Of a DNA stretch of 36,548 nucleotides, positions 1 through 10,264 are shown one piece after another. Position 1 is the stretch's first letter. Each line of letters starts with the position of its first letter. Under the pieces are notes generated by a model. It was not told where the DNA came from, made no database searches, and saw only the letters and a list, made by a program, of their open reading frames with translations. This stretch comes from an uncultured Bacilli bacterium (GTDB taxonomy: Bacteria > Bacillota_I > Bacilli_A > RF39 > UBA660), in the NCBI GenBank assembly GCA_944371435.1, contig CALVXQ010000002.1, positions 1 to 36,548 on the forward strand, in the 5' to 3' direction. The position numbers and the translations under genes were made by a program.

Positions 1-91
1 TTTATCAAACACTTATATTCATACTCCACATCATATTTTTTAGTGTATTTAATATTTAATCCTCTAGTAATAGTAAGGGTATCATTTATTA

Positions 92-181
92 GACAACAAG
101 GTGGCCGACGGCAATCGCTTGCGTCCGGTAATCAATCTGCAATCTGATGTCACGATAATGATTAATGTAACAAAAAACTAA
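92..181 (+). pseudogene. GC-rich gene relic, copy 1 of 3 (C-terminal coding fragment only)
   Basis: Start-less frame GYHLLDNKVADGNRLRPVINLQSDVTIMINVTKN*. Core 100-135 is 29/36 identical to 2240-2275. Its gcgtccggtaatcaa recurs in reverse complement at 11271-11285. About 50% GC inside very AT-rich flanks. Confidence 0.4.
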
Positions 182-201
182 TAACGTAAAAATTATTAGT
201 T
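171..201 (-). terminator. Rho-independent terminator of the sensor kinase gene
   Basis: Perfect 9-bp stem aactaataa (176-184) / ttattagtt (193-201) with an 8-nt loop. The left A-run gives a T-run on the minus strand. The hairpin overlaps the kinase stop codon. Confidence 0.5.
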
Positions 202-2043
202 ATTATTATTAAATATATTACTTAATTTAGCTTTAATTTGATCTTTACTAAATGGTTTTGCTATGTAATCAGTAAATCCTTCTTCTTTATATTTAGCTTC
301 AGCTCCCGCTATAGCATCAGCAGTTAGAGCAATAACAGGAATATTAAAATCACTTCTACTTTTTAACTTAGCCATTGCAACTTCGCCATTCATAACTGGC
401 ATCATTATATCCATTAATATTAAGTCATACTTTTTTCCACTATCTATTAAGTTTAAGCATTCTTGACCATTATAACATTCATCAACTACAGAAAAATTTA
501 ATGATTCAATACTACGTCTTGCTACTTTAATATTAAGTTTATTATCATCGACAATTAAAACAGATTTTCCTGAACAATTAAAATCTAAGTTAGCAGGAGA
601 ATTTTCTTTAATTACTTCCTCAATTTTTACTGGTTCACTCATCTCTTTTATCTTTTGAGGTATAGTAGCAACAAATAAAGAGCCTTCTCCAAAACTTGAT
701 TCAACATTTATACTACCACCCATTTTATCTAATAATTTCTTCGTTATAGCTAAACCTAAACCAGTTCCTTCTATAGTAGAATTTTTTTCAATATCTAACC
801 TTTCAAACTTAGTAAATAACTTGTTAATATTTTCAGCTTTTATACCTCTACCTGTATCTCTAACACTAATTATTAAATTACACATGTCGGCAGAATTTAT
901 ACATTTAACATTTAATTCAACATATCCTTTATCAGTATATTTAATAGCATTACTTAATAAATTATAAATAATTTCTTTTACATGTGCTTTATCTCCCAAT
1001 AATTCATAAGGAATATCCTCAGCTAAATTAACTCTTAATTCAACCGGTTTATCTCCAATACGAACAGCATTTAATCTTGCTAATGACATTACTTCTTCTT
1101 TAAATTTATATGGTTCCTCAACAATTTCTAATTTATCAGATTCAATCTTATTAATATCCATGATATTACCTACTATCTCTAATAAAGTGTGGGAAGCAGA
1201 TAAAATATCATCTAAATCTTCTTTTATATCGGGTGGACAGTTTTTTCGTGCCACAACATCATCAGCAAGTCCAACGATAGCATTTAATGGTGTTCTAATC
1301 TCATGTGACATACTAGATAAAAAATCAGATTTAGCACGGTTAGCTTTTTCAGCTTGTTCCTTAGCTAAACTTAATTCAGCAATCATCTTAACATCCGGAT
1401 TTTCAATTGTAAAATACATTAACACACAAACAAGAGACATTGCTGGATTTATTAAAAGAATACTAGGATCCACTGCTCTTGCTGCTAGTGCTACTATGAT
1501 GCAAACAAATAATAAGAATAAAGGACTTATTTTTTTAATTTCAATTTTTTTGCGATTTCTAAATAAACAAATCATCCATAATACAAAATAAGAAATAATG
1601 GTAACAAATACAACATTTGTACTTGGTCCATAAGAATAAATACTGGTTTCATCTGTATAATAATATATTGGTAATATAATTGATGCGATTGATAAAATTA
1701 CGATAGTATTATTAGATATATTATCTATAATCATAGATTCTGTCGAGTCACTATCTTCATAGCAAATATAATGTATATATTTTGTAAATACGTACCCCCA
1801 AATAGAGATAGCGACGACAAATCCTTTACAAATTACAGCTGTCCAAATACCTAGTGAAAAACTATTTTCAACAGCCCAGAAACACAATAATTCCAATACC
1901 ATACTAGTAATACTTGCAATAATTAAAACGGTAAATATTTTATTTTCTTGGGTTTTAATTTTCTTTTTATTAAAATAAACTATGGCCATCATAACCGTAA
2001 AGATTAAACACACACTAGTAGCGGTAAAAACTATATACCTCAT
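196..2043 (-). CDS. Hybrid sensor histidine kinase / response regulator (multi-TM N-terminus, HisKA, HATPase_c, C-terminal receiver)
   Basis: 615-aa ORF. Has an H-box [12 protein letters not shown]-box [10 protein letters not shown]1 DTGRGI and G2 GTGLGLAI. Receiver motifs are [19 protein letters not shown] and ALTA...KP. About 6-7 hydrophobic helices in the first 210 aa. Confidence 0.9.
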   Translation of the reverse strand: MRYIVFTATSVCLIFTVMMAIVYFNKKKIKTQENKIFTVLIIASITSMVLELLCFWAVENSFSLGIWTAVICKGFVVAISIWGYVFTKYIHYICYEDSDSTESMIIDNISNNTIVILSIASIILPIYYYTDETSIYSYGPSTNVVFVTIISYFVLWMICLFRNRKKIEIKKISPLFLLFVCIIVALAARAVDPSILLINPAMSLVCVLMYFTIENPDVKMIAELSLAKEQAEKANRAKSDFLSSMSHEIRTPLNAIVGLADDVVARKNCPPDIKEDLDDILSASHTLLEIVGNIMDINKIESDKLEIVEEPYKFKEEVMSLARLNAVRIGDKPVELRVNLAEDIPYELLGDKAHVKEIIYNLLSNAIKYTDKGYVELNVKCINSADMCNLIISVRDTGRGIKAENINKLFTKFERLDIEKNSTIEGTGLGLAITKKLLDKMGGSINVESSFGEGSLFVATIPQKIKEMSEPVKIEEVIKENSPANLDFNCSGKSVLIVDDNKLNIKVARRSIESLNFSVVDECYNGQECLNLIDSGKKYDLILMDIMMPVMNGEVAMAKLKSRSDFNIPVIALTADAIAGAEAKYKEEGFTDYIAKPFSKDQIKAKLSNIFNNNN

Positions 2044-2096
2044 ATTCTCACCAATTTTATTTTATCAAAATAACTAGCTAAAGTCCATATTCAATA

Positions 2097-2279
2097 TTTG
2101 CCAAAGGATATATGAATCGATTTACTAATACTCACCAAAATGGGTATTATTGGTCTATGTCACCGAGCTACTTCAACACTACCTATACCGGTGCGGTCGA
2201 GTTCTGTCAGGATGCGACCGGCTTTGCCGGCAACTACTGGGTTACCATCGGCAATGGCTTGCGTTCGGTAATGAAATGA
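2097..2279 (+). pseudogene. GC-rich gene relic, copy 2 of 3 (longest copy)
   Basis: Frame FAKGYMNRFTNTHQNGYYWSMSPSYFNTTYTGAVEFCQDATGFAGNYWVTIGNGLRSVMK*, closed by a stop at 2079-2081. The first 60 nt are about 92% identical to the reverse complement of 11298-11357, and the last 36 nt are 81% identical to 100-135. GC far above surroundings. Confidence 0.45.
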
Positions 2280-2280
2280 A

Positions 2281-2310
2281 AAAAAGTAATATGATTTGAT
2301 ATTACTTTTT
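2281..2310. terminator. Bidirectional terminator between the relic and the acyl-CoA synthetase gene
   Basis: aaaaagtaatat (2281-2292) / atattacttttt (2299-2310) is a perfect inverted repeat with a 6-nt loop. A/T runs lie on both sides, and it overlaps the stop codon at 2302-2304. Confidence 0.6.
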
Positions 2311-4170
2311 ACGAACTAATGAAGAATAATTTATTTTACTATTGTATTCATTTTCTAATGTATTAGTATCTACTTTACCTATTGATGTATATGGAAGAGT
2401 ATCTTTAACAATAAAATCTATTGGTATTTGGTACTCTGGTAAATTATTTAGGCATAAATCATTTAATTCGCTTACTATATTTTCAGTACTATTTTTATAT
2501 TCATCTTTTATAACTATATAGGCTAATGGGAATTTGCCAATGGAATAACTAGGCTGAGAAACCCCTACTACTTTGCAAGTATAAATACCAGGATGTTTTA
2601 AAATAATACTTTCAATTGTTAATGGATATACTTTAAACCCATCAGGTCGAATAATCATATTTTTTATCCTATCTTCAATAAATATACAGCCATCTTTATC
2701 TATATAGCCAATATCTCCAGTCTTTACCCATGGATTATTAAATTCATCATTTTCTATCATAAGCTTGGTTTGCGTATCATTATTAAAGTAACCACCCATT
2801 ATAGAAGGTCCAGTTATATAAATTTCTCCATGTTCATTATACATTTTTTCTTCTTTAGTTTCTGGATCTACTATTTTAAAATTATCTTTTACTAAAGGAA
2901 TACCAACACTACCCAACTTATTAACCGATTGATTGCATGTAAATGAAGCACAAGAACTTACTTCTGTTAAACCATATCCTTTACTTAACATATTTTCACA
3001 ACCATGTTGATGTAAAAACTTATTAACTCTTTTTTCTTCTTCAGGATTAATACCACAACCACCAGCAATTATACTTTTTAAATAAGAAAAGTCACGTTTA
3101 AGAGCATACTTACTCTCTGTTAGTCCTAGCCAAAATGAAGGAACACCTATAACATGATTAGGCTTATGTTTATTTAATAATTGTGCAAACTCATGATGAT
3201 TAAAATTCGGTATTAAATCCACTTCAGCTCCAATTGATAAAGGATTATTAATTCCACAAGTCAAACCAAAAGCTATAAATGGTGGCATAATATTTAAGTA
3301 TTTCGATTTTCTTTCTACTAAAGGCATACTAGATTTTTGATGATAAGCAATTGCATTCAAACACTTTGTTGTCATAATAGCACCCTTAGAAGGACCTGTA
3401 GTACCACCTGTGTAGACGATTGCAGCAGGAAAATCAGGATTATACTTAGCATCAACTACCGCTTCGTTATTACGATTAGCTATAAATTCCTGCCATGAAA
3501 TAAAACCAGATTTACTTTCTTTATTTTGACGACTAAATAATTTTTTAGCCTCTAAACCTAAATTAAGAATTAAGGGTAAAGATATAGTCGGTGATACACT
3601 TACAATATTCTTAGTAGATATCTCATCTTTAATACTTTCTATTTTCTCTTCACTAACATTAACTACTAATACCATACGAGAATTAGTATCTTTTATTAAA
3701 TGTTTAATCTTTTCTGAATTATAGCGAGGATCAATCATATTAGCCGTTACCCCAAGACGATTTAGAGCATAAAAAGCATAAAATGTTTCTGGAGTTGAAG
3801 GCATAATAATACTTACTATATCCCCTTCTTTAACACCATAACTCATAAATGCTTGAGCCGTTTTTTCAATATTCATAAATAGTTCATTAAAACTTATCTT
3901 ACGCCCATAATATACTAAAGCAGTACTAGATAAATAATCTTTATTATTATCATAGATAACATCATATACTCTTTTTTCCGGAATATTTCCCATAATAGCA
4001 GTATTATCATACTGACTTAGCCATACTTTATCAATATCAGGATATCCAGTTAAAGGTCCATAAGTATTACCTAATGCTAAATCTTTTAAATATAAATCTC
4101 TTTTAATTAATTCTTCTGTACTTAAAGAACTAATTTTTCTTTTTAACTCTTCTAAATATTGTTTTTGCAT
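2302..4170 (-). CDS. AMP-dependent synthetase/ligase (acyl-CoA synthetase, ANL superfamily)
   Basis: 622 aa with AMP-binding core YTGGTTGPSKGA, GYGLTE, and TGDIGYIDKDGCIFIEDRIK. GAAAGGA RBS. Confidence 0.85.
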   Translation of the reverse strand: MQKQYLEELKRKISSLSTEELIKRDLYLKDLALGNTYGPLTGYPDIDKVWLSQYDNTAIMGNIPEKRVYDVIYDNNKDYLSSTALVYYGRKISFNELFMNIEKTAQAFMSYGVKEGDIVSIIMPSTPETFYAFYALNRLGVTANMIDPRYNSEKIKHLIKDTNSRMVLVVNVSEEKIESIKDEISTKNIVSVSPTISLPLILNLGLEAKKLFSRQNKESKSGFISWQEFIANRNNEAVVDAKYNPDFPAAIVYTGGTTGPSKGAIMTTKCLNAIAYHQKSSMPLVERKSKYLNIMPPFIAFGLTCGINNPLSIGAEVDLIPNFNHHEFAQLLNKHKPNHVIGVPSFWLGLTESKYALKRDFSYLKSIIAGGCGINPEEEKRVNKFLHQHGCENMLSKGYGLTEVSSCASFTCNQSVNKLGSVGIPLVKDNFKIVDPETKEEKMYNEHGEIYITGPSIMGGYFNNDTQTKLMIENDEFNNPWVKTGDIGYIDKDGCIFIEDRIKNMIIRPDGFKVYPLTIESIILKHPGIYTCKVVGVSQPSYSIGKFPLAYIVIKDEYKNSTENIVSELNDLCLNNLPEYQIPIDFIVKDTLPYTSIGKVDTNTLENEYNSKINYSSLVRKK

Positions 4171-4181
4171 AAAATCCTTTC

Positions 4182-4919
4182 TTACTTATCCTTTTTATTC
4201 TTTTTGGATTCCTTTATGTTTTTACGAAACCTCCAAATTAAATCTAATTCTTCCTTATTATTCTTAGATATATTAGGGAAAGCTTTAATTAACCTATTAC
4301 TAACTATTTTTAACTTTTCTATTTCTTCTTTATATTTCTTATTAATTATAATAGGTATTCTTTTTAACTTTTCAGCTTTTAATTCTTCAGCAATAATTAT
4401 ACGATGTCTTAAGTTATAAGCAATTACAAAAGAAGCAATAACATCTAATAAGAAAATAAATAATAATATACTACCTATAATAATTAAAGTTTTATCAGTA
4501 AATAAGTTAAATAAACTTAGTATAGCAGGATATAACCAATAAACAATTACTAAAGACCCAACTCCAAAAAAGATAGAATTACCTATACAAATGCGTCCAT
4601 TTATATTATCAGGCCGATTAGAATAATCCCACCATCTATTATGAAATATCTTTTCTAAAACATAACTTGTATAATACTCGATTAAAGATGTTAATACAGT
4701 ACCCATAATAAATACAACAATAGGATCTTCATAATATCTATTTAAACACCAAATAATTATAATTCCCCCTAAACCATATATTGGACAATATGGTCCAAAG
4801 AAAAAACCTCTATTTACTAATTTCTTATAATTATAACTACAGACAATTACTTCTAATATGTAACCTAAAAAACTAATTATGATAAATATTAAAAAAAGTT
4901 TAATTAATGATATATACAT
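4182..4919 (-). CDS. Polytopic membrane protein, 'putative ABC-transporter type IV' (PF06541-like) family
   Basis: 245 aa. N-terminal pattern SFLGYILEV...NRGFFFGPYCPIYGLGG is typical of that family as I remember it. Lies 11 nt upstream of the ligase gene. Confidence 0.6.
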   Translation of the reverse strand: MYISLIKLFLIFIIISFLGYILEVIVCSYNYKKLVNRGFFFGPYCPIYGLGGIIIIWCLNRYYEDPIVVFIMGTVLTSLIEYYTSYVLEKIFHNRWWDYSNRPDNINGRICIGNSIFFGVGSLVIVYWLYPAILSLFNLFTDKTLIIIGSILLFIFLLDVIASFVIAYNLRHRIIIAEELKAEKLKRIPIIINKKYKEEIEKLKIVSNRLIKAFPNISKNNKEELDLIWRFRKNIKESKKNKKDK

Positions 4920-4924
4920 GCTAC

Positions 4925-5356
4925 TTACTCTCCATATTTCTCAAATTGACATTGACTATTATCTTCTAAACATGATATACATGCTGAATACTTATTTTCA
5001 ATATCCTCATATTCAATTGCTTCATCTAAAATCCGAAATATACCAAAAATAACTGAAGGAGCAATAAATATTAATACCCCAGCAATCGCCCTTTTGGCAA
5101 AAGATATTAATTGTTTAGATAAATTTTCAGGATTACCAGTTACAACTTTAATTAAGTCTAGTATACCTGTTATAACAAGTAAAAAAGGAACAGCAATTTT
5201 AATTATTAATATAACAATGGAAGCAATATATAAAACACGCATTACTCCATCATCACTACATGGGTTTTCATAAGCAAAACCAGGTTCATAAGCATAAACA
5301 CTACTAATACTTAAGATAGTTAATAACATGATTAACCAAGGTACATATTTTTTCAT
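4925..5356 (-). CDS. Secreted/membrane protein, unknown function (signal peptide plus two TM helices, Cys-rich acidic tail)
   Basis: 143 aa with signal peptide MKKYVPWLIMLLTILSISSVYA, two hydrophobic helices and C-terminal CISCLEDNSQC. First gene of a three-gene minus-strand operon. Confidence 0.55.
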   Translation of the reverse strand: MKKYVPWLIMLLTILSISSVYAYEPGFAYENPCSDDGVMRVLYIASIVILIIKIAVPFLLVITGILDLIKVVTGNPENLSKQLISFAKRAIAGVLIFIAPSVIFGIFRILDEAIEYEDIENKYSACISCLEDNSQCQFEKYGE

Positions 5357-5462
5357 AAAACCTCTTTTCTTTTAAATTATATCATAATAAAAATAAATTA
5401 CCAATAAATATCATAATTAGTAATTATAAGAATATATTTTAATAAAGTGAAAGGATATTGAT

Positions 5463-5945
5463 ATGAATAAGCAGAATTTATGGTTTATAACACTATTAAG
5501 TATTATTTTAATATTAAGTATTTATTATATAAGTATTCCTAGTAATACTATCTTTGAATACACTAATACTCCTGATAATGATGTAACAGAAGTAGTAAGT
5601 GAATCAACTAATTTAGTTGCCTTAAGAGTTAGTGATGATGAGGAAGTATTAAATACAATTCAAGAGTTACAAACTACATTATTAGATAAAAATACTACAA
5701 TCGAAGAAAAGAATTTAGCTTATGAATCTTTAAAAAATATTAATGCTACTCAAGGAAAAGAAGAAGAAATAGAAAAAATATTAAAAGATGAATTCAATTA
5801 TGAATCTTTTGTAAAGATTTCCCAAGACCAAATAAATATAGTTATATCTAGTGCAGAACATGATAAAACAATAGCTAATAAAATTATTACTAGAATTCAA
5901 TCTCTTTTTGAAGATAAAAAATATATAACTATAAAATTTCAATAA
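5463..5945 (+). CDS. SpoIIIAH-like sporulation protein
   Basis: 160 aa with an N-terminal TM anchor. The C-terminal pattern EEKNLAYESL...EIEKILKDEFNYESFVKISQDQINIVISS parallels the B. subtilis SpoIIIAH C-terminal domain (from memory). Confidence 0.5.
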   Translation: MNKQNLWFITLLSIILILSIYYISIPSNTIFEYTNTPDNDVTEVVSESTNLVALRVSDDEEVLNTIQELQTTLLDKNTTIEEKNLAYESLKNINATQGKEEEIEKILKDEFNYESFVKISQDQINIVISSAEHDKTIANKIITRIQSLFEDKKYITIKFQ

Positions 5946-5997
5946 GATGGAACTATCAAGATAATAAATTCATAAAATAAGATAAAGGAATGAGTTT

Positions 5998-6198
5998 ATG
6001 AATTTATTAACGATGAGGGAAAAAGAAGTATTTAATTTATTAATTCTTAATAAATCTACCAAGCAAATAGCAGAGACTTTAAAAATTAGTGAAAAAACTG
6101 TTCGTAATCATATATCTAACGTTATTCAAAAATTAGATGTAAAAAGTCGTAGTCAAGCTTTAATAGAATTATTAAAATTACAAGAAATATCTTTATAA
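5998..6198 (+). CDS. gerE: GerE, LuxR-family sporulation transcription regulator
   Basis: 66 aa. REKEVFNLL...ISEKTVRNHISNVIQKLDVKSRSQALIELL is near-colinear with B. subtilis GerE (ISEKTVRNHISN..QKL.VK.RSQA). Confidence 0.85.
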   Translation: MNLLTMREKEVFNLLILNKSTKQIAETLKISEKTVRNHISNVIQKLDVKSRSQALIELLKLQEISL

Positions 6199-6220
6199 AA
6201 GCCTAATTAAGGCTTTTTTT
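6197..6220 (+). terminator. Rho-independent terminator after gerE
   Basis: aaaagcct-aatta-aggctttt stem followed by a T-run. Confidence 0.7.
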
Positions 6221-6264
6221 GGTATTAAATAAATTATTAAAAATATAATTTATTAGGTGGTACG

Positions 6265-7155
6265 ATGATTTCATCTTTACAAAGAAAAGTAATCATTTCT
6301 TTTTTATCATTAATAGTTCTTTTAATTATTTACTTAATACCAGTAGATAATAATTATGAAGAAAAAAGTAATTATATAGACGTTAAAAAAAATAGTGTTT
6401 ATCTATTAAATAATGATTTATTAGTTCAAACCGAAGTAATAGCAAATAAAGATAATCTAGAAGATAAAATATTAGAAATAATTGATACCCTAACGATTAA
6501 TGGTTCTAAAAAAAATTATATTAGTGAATACTTTACTCCCGTTATTCCCGAAAACACTAAAGTTTTAAATCTAGATTTAAAAGATAAACTTTTAAAAATT
6601 AATTTTAGTCAAGAATTTAGTAGTGCTAATATTAGTACTATTGAAGCTCTTGTTTACTCTTTAACAGAATTAGAAGAAGTAGAAAATATAATGTTATTTA
6701 TAGAAGGTGTTAAAATAGATAAAATAGAAGATAAAATTATTCCTAACGTTTTAAATAGAGATTTTGGTATTAATAAAGTATATGATATTACTACTTTAAA
6801 TAACGTTTATAAAGCTACAATGTATTACTATGTAAATATTGACGATAACTTTAATATAGTACCTGTTACTCTATTTACTAATGATAATGTTAATAAAGTA
6901 GAAATAATAGTAGAAAAATTAAAATCTGCCCCGATATATCAGTCTAACTTAATGAGTTTTCTAGCTGATAATGCTAAATTATTAGATTATGAAATTGAAG
7001 AAAATAAAATAAGATTAGAATTTGAAAATGCTATCTTAGATAATTTCTTTGAAAGTGAATTATTAGAAGAAGTAAAATACGCTATTAGTGAGACTTTAAA
7101 AAGTACTATTGGCGTAAGTGAAATTACTTTTGTTATAGATAATGAAGAAATATAA
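6265..7155 (+). CDS. GerM-like (GerMN domain) sporulation/germination protein
   Basis: 296 aa with an N-terminal anchor. Two repeated modules resemble GerMN domains (..VIPENTKVLNLDLKDKLLKINFSQEF..). Confidence 0.45.
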   Translation: MISSLQRKVIISFLSLIVLLIIYLIPVDNNYEEKSNYIDVKKNSVYLLNNDLLVQTEVIANKDNLEDKILEIIDTLTINGSKKNYISEYFTPVIPENTKVLNLDLKDKLLKINFSQEFSSANISTIEALVYSLTELEEVENIMLFIEGVKIDKIEDKIIPNVLNRDFGINKVYDITTLNNVYKATMYYYVNIDDNFNIVPVTLFTNDNVNKVEIIVEKLKSAPIYQSNLMSFLADNAKLLDYEIEENKIRLEFENAILDNFFESELLEEVKYAISETLKSTIGVSEITFVIDNEEI

Positions 7156-7163
7156 AAAAACTA

Positions 7164-7751
7164 TTAAAGTTTTAAACACAATAACTCAATAGTTTTATTA
7201 TTATCAATAGCTTCTTTTATAAATAAAGGATTTTCTTCTAAAAATAATTTTATTTTAGTTTCTATACTTAATAAATCTTCTTTACTAATTAATTCAGTAT
7301 TAATTATATATTTAAAAGGAATAAAATACATACTTAACTTAGAACTTAAAAAACATTTTTCTAAATCCATTGTCTCGACAATCGATTCATCACTAGTTAT
7401 TTTCTTATTTCCAAATAAAGTAACAACTTGGCCACTATTATCTTTAATTAAAAAGTTAAACTCATTTAAGCGATTAAAACCCATATATATTTTATTAACA
7501 TGTATATTATTAGACTTATTAATTAGCAAAGTAGTATTAATAATATTTCTAATATCATCTAAGCTATACTTATCAGGTATTAGTCCATATATTTGTTTAA
7601 TATGTAATAACTTGGTAATTAATTCTAAAGTTTTAACTTCATCTAACTTAGTATCAGTAAGTAGATTTACTGCTATGTCATTTATTAAGTTGTTAGCTTC
7701 CCCTTTAGATTGTGTATCTAATAGTTTCTTTAATTTCGTATTAATATTCAT
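7164..7751 (-). CDS. Hypothetical protein
   Basis: 195-aa ORF convergent with the gerM-like gene. No motif recognised. Confidence 0.5.
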   Translation of the reverse strand: MNINTKLKKLLDTQSKGEANNLINDIAVNLLTDTKLDEVKTLELITKLLHIKQIYGLIPDKYSLDDIRNIINTTLLINKSNNIHVNKIYMGFNRLNEFNFLIKDNSGQVVTLFGNKKITSDESIVETMDLEKCFLSSKLSMYFIPFKYIINTELISKEDLLSIETKIKLFLEENPLFIKEAIDNNKTIELLCLKL

Positions 7752-7854
7752 AATATTTATCTCCTTTAATAATTAAATATAATAATTAATAATTTATAGT
7801 ATGTCAATTACATAATTTATAGTTTTTAGAACATGATAATTATAGGTGATTAAC

Positions 7855-9240
7855 ATGCAACTTGTTGATAAAATTAAAAATACATTTAATAATAGTTCTG
7901 ATTTAATAATTAAAAATAATAATAATATTTATATAGTCTATTTAGAAAGTTTATGTTCACAAGATAAAATAAACGAATATATTCTTAAAGTATTAACTAT
8001 TAAAAATTCCAAAAAACTACAAGATAATAATGCTGCTCCTAATACTAAAGTAGTCACATCATATAAGGAAATTATTAACTATATATTAAATGGATTTACT
8101 ATTATCATTGATAAACAAGTTTATGCTGTAGAAACTAAAGGTAACTTAATTCGTAGTGTTGAATCTCCTACAACAGAACCAGATCTTACTGGGCCTAAAG
8201 ATTCTTTTAATGAATCTATTCAAACTAATTTAGGATTAGTTAAAAGAAGAATTAAATCTCCTTTATTAATAAATGATGATTATATTATTGGTCGTTATAC
8301 TAAGACTAAAGTTAGTGTTTTATATATAAATAATATAGCTAAAAAAGATATTATCGATAATATAGTTAAAAAAATTAAAAATATTGATATTGATGGAATA
8401 ACCGATGCTAGTCATTTAAAGCAATTAATTAGTGATAAACCAAATACTTTATTTCCTACTGCTATTCTAACTGAAAGACCTGATAAAGTAGCTCAAGATT
8501 TATTAGATGGTAAAATAGTAATCTTAGTAGACTCTTCTCCATTTGCAATAATTATTCCCGCTTTTTTTGCTGATTTTGTTAATCCTAATGTCGATAGTTA
8601 TAAAAAGTATACTAATATTAACTTTATTAAAATAATCCGTTTTATGTGTCTTCTATGTACTCTATTTCTTCCTGCCTTCTATGTTGCCTTAATTAGTTAT
8701 AATCAAGCATCTATCCCTTTAAATCTCTTGATTAACTTTGCTATTCAACGGCAAAGTGTTCCTTTTCCTTCTTATATCGAAGCTATCTTCATCTTAATTA
8801 TATGTGCTATTTTACGTGAAAGTGATATTCGTTTTCCTGCTAACTATGGATCATCAATATCAATAGTAGGAGCTTTAGTAATGGGCGATGCAGCAGTTAA
8901 TGCAGGAATTGTCTCTCCTATTATGATTATTGTTATTGCAGTAACTTATATTACAAGCATGGTATTTACTGATATCGAAGTAATATACTCTTTTCGTTAT
9001 GTCCGTTTCTTAAGTATTATTTTAGTTTGCTTCCTAGGCTTATATGGACTTTACATATCAATATTCTTCTTTTTAATCCACATATGTAACCTTACAAGTG
9101 CGGGCATTGCTTATACATTCCCACTAGCACCATTTAATAAACCATATTTCAATAAAACTATATTTAATATATATAAAAAAGAAGATAAATATCGTTCTAG
9201 TTATCTAACTAATAAAAATTATCATAAACAAGGAGACTAA
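7855..9240 (+). CDS. Spore germination receptor subunit A (GerA/GerK-A family)
   Basis: Soluble N-domain followed by about 5 TM helices, with the family pattern ...DSFNESIQTNLGLVKRRIKSP.... I chose the ATG at 7855, which sits 5 nt after AGGTGA. The track start at 7846 is a GTG inside that RBS. Confidence 0.85.
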   Translation: MQLVDKIKNTFNNSSDLIIKNNNNIYIVYLESLCSQDKINEYILKVLTIKNSKKLQDNNAAPNTKVVTSYKEIINYILNGFTIIIDKQVYAVETKGNLIRSVESPTTEPDLTGPKDSFNESIQTNLGLVKRRIKSPLLINDDYIIGRYTKTKVSVLYINNIAKKDIIDNIVKKIKNIDIDGITDASHLKQLISDKPNTLFPTAILTERPDKVAQDLLDGKIVILVDSSPFAIIIPAFFADFVNPNVDSYKKYTNINFIKIIRFMCLLCTLFLPAFYVALISYNQASIPLNLLINFAIQRQSVPFPSYIEAIFILIICAILRESDIRFPANYGSSISIVGALVMGDAAVNAGIVSPIMIIVIAVTYITSMVFTDIEVIYSFRYVRFLSIILVCFLGLYGLYISIFFFLIHICNLTSAGIAYTFPLAPFNKPYFNKTIFNIYKKEDKYRSSYLTNKNYHKQGD

Positions 9241-9241
9241 T

Positions 9242-10264
9242 ATGAAAAAAATAATACTAATTATATTTATTGTCTTACTAACTGGTTGTTACGACTATCG
9301 AGAGTTAAATGATATAGCAATAATAAGTGGCGTAGGTATTAGTAAAGAAGATAATGAATATAAAGTAATATACGAAGTAATTAATACCGAAGCTAATAAA
9401 GAAAGTAGTAATGATATTAAAAAATATAATGTTACAGGACAAGATAAAGAATTAATTAATGCTATTAGTAAAGCTAATGAAGCTCTAGCTAAAAAGCCTT
9501 ATTTTGAACAAATAAAAGTATTATTAATTACAAAAGATGTTAATATCTTAGATATAAGTGATTATATCTTTAGAAATGAAAGAATTAATACTAATTTTTA
9601 TTTAGTATTATGTGATGACATAGAAGAAATCTTTGATTTTACATCAGTTAATGAACCGAATAATTCTATTGCCATAAGTAATCTTATTAAAAAAATTAAC
9701 TATGATAAAATAACAAACTTATTTGATTTTGTAGTTGATAATTTAATCCAAGGTTACGATATATATTTACCATATATTACAATTGATAATGAGTTATCAT
9801 TAGATTCTATTGGTATTTATGATAATGATACATTTATTAGATACTTAAATCAAGAAGAATATCGTATATTTAAGTACTTAAATAAAGTAAAAGATATTCC
9901 TATCATAAATAATAATAATTCTATAAAAATATATAATAGTAAATTAAACTTTGATATTAAAAATAATAAAGTAAGTATAAAATATAATTCTAAAGGTTCT
10001 ATTAATTATTTAAGTAACGAATATAATTTACGTGATAATAATTCTTATAAAGAAATAAGTAAAACATTTTCTGATACTTTATATCAAGAAGTAAGTAATT
10101 TTATAAATAATCTTCAAAAAGATAATATAGATATATTTGGAATAACTAAATTATATAATACTAAATATTATAATGATAAATTAGAATTTAAAGATTTAAA
10201 ATTAGAATACGATATAAAAGTAGATGTTGATAAAGCAGGAACATCTTTTAAGGAGGCCAAATGA
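9242..10264 (+). CDS. Ger(x)C-family spore germination lipoprotein
   Basis: 340 aa with lipobox LLTGC followed by YDYRELNDIAIISGVGI, typical of GerAC/GerBC. Confidence 0.85.
   Translation: MKKIILIIFIVLLTGCYDYRELNDIAIISGVGISKEDNEYKVIYEVINTEANKESSNDIKKYNVTGQDKELINAISKANEALAKKPYFEQIKVLLITKDVNILDISDYIFRNERINTNFYLVLCDDIEEIFDFTSVNEPNNSIAISNLIKKINYDKITNLFDFVVDNLIQGYDIYLPYITIDNELSLDSIGIYDNDTFIRYLNQEEYRIFKYLNKVKDIPIINNNNSIKIYNSKLNFDIKNNKVSIKYNSKGSINYLSNEYNLRDNNSYKEISKTFSDTLYQEVSNFINNLQKDNIDIFGITKLYNTKYYNDKLEFKDLKLEYDIKVDVDKAGTSFKEAK

Noticed and set aside
1160-1591. 143-aa plus-strand ORF inside the sensor kinase gene.
   Set aside because: It is entirely antisense to a well-supported 615-aa CDS and has low-complexity composition typical of the reverse strand of AT-rich genes. 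The same reasoning applies to ORFs 4159-4419, 10539-10799, 20122-20349, 23711-23905, 33240-33473 and 36215-36535.
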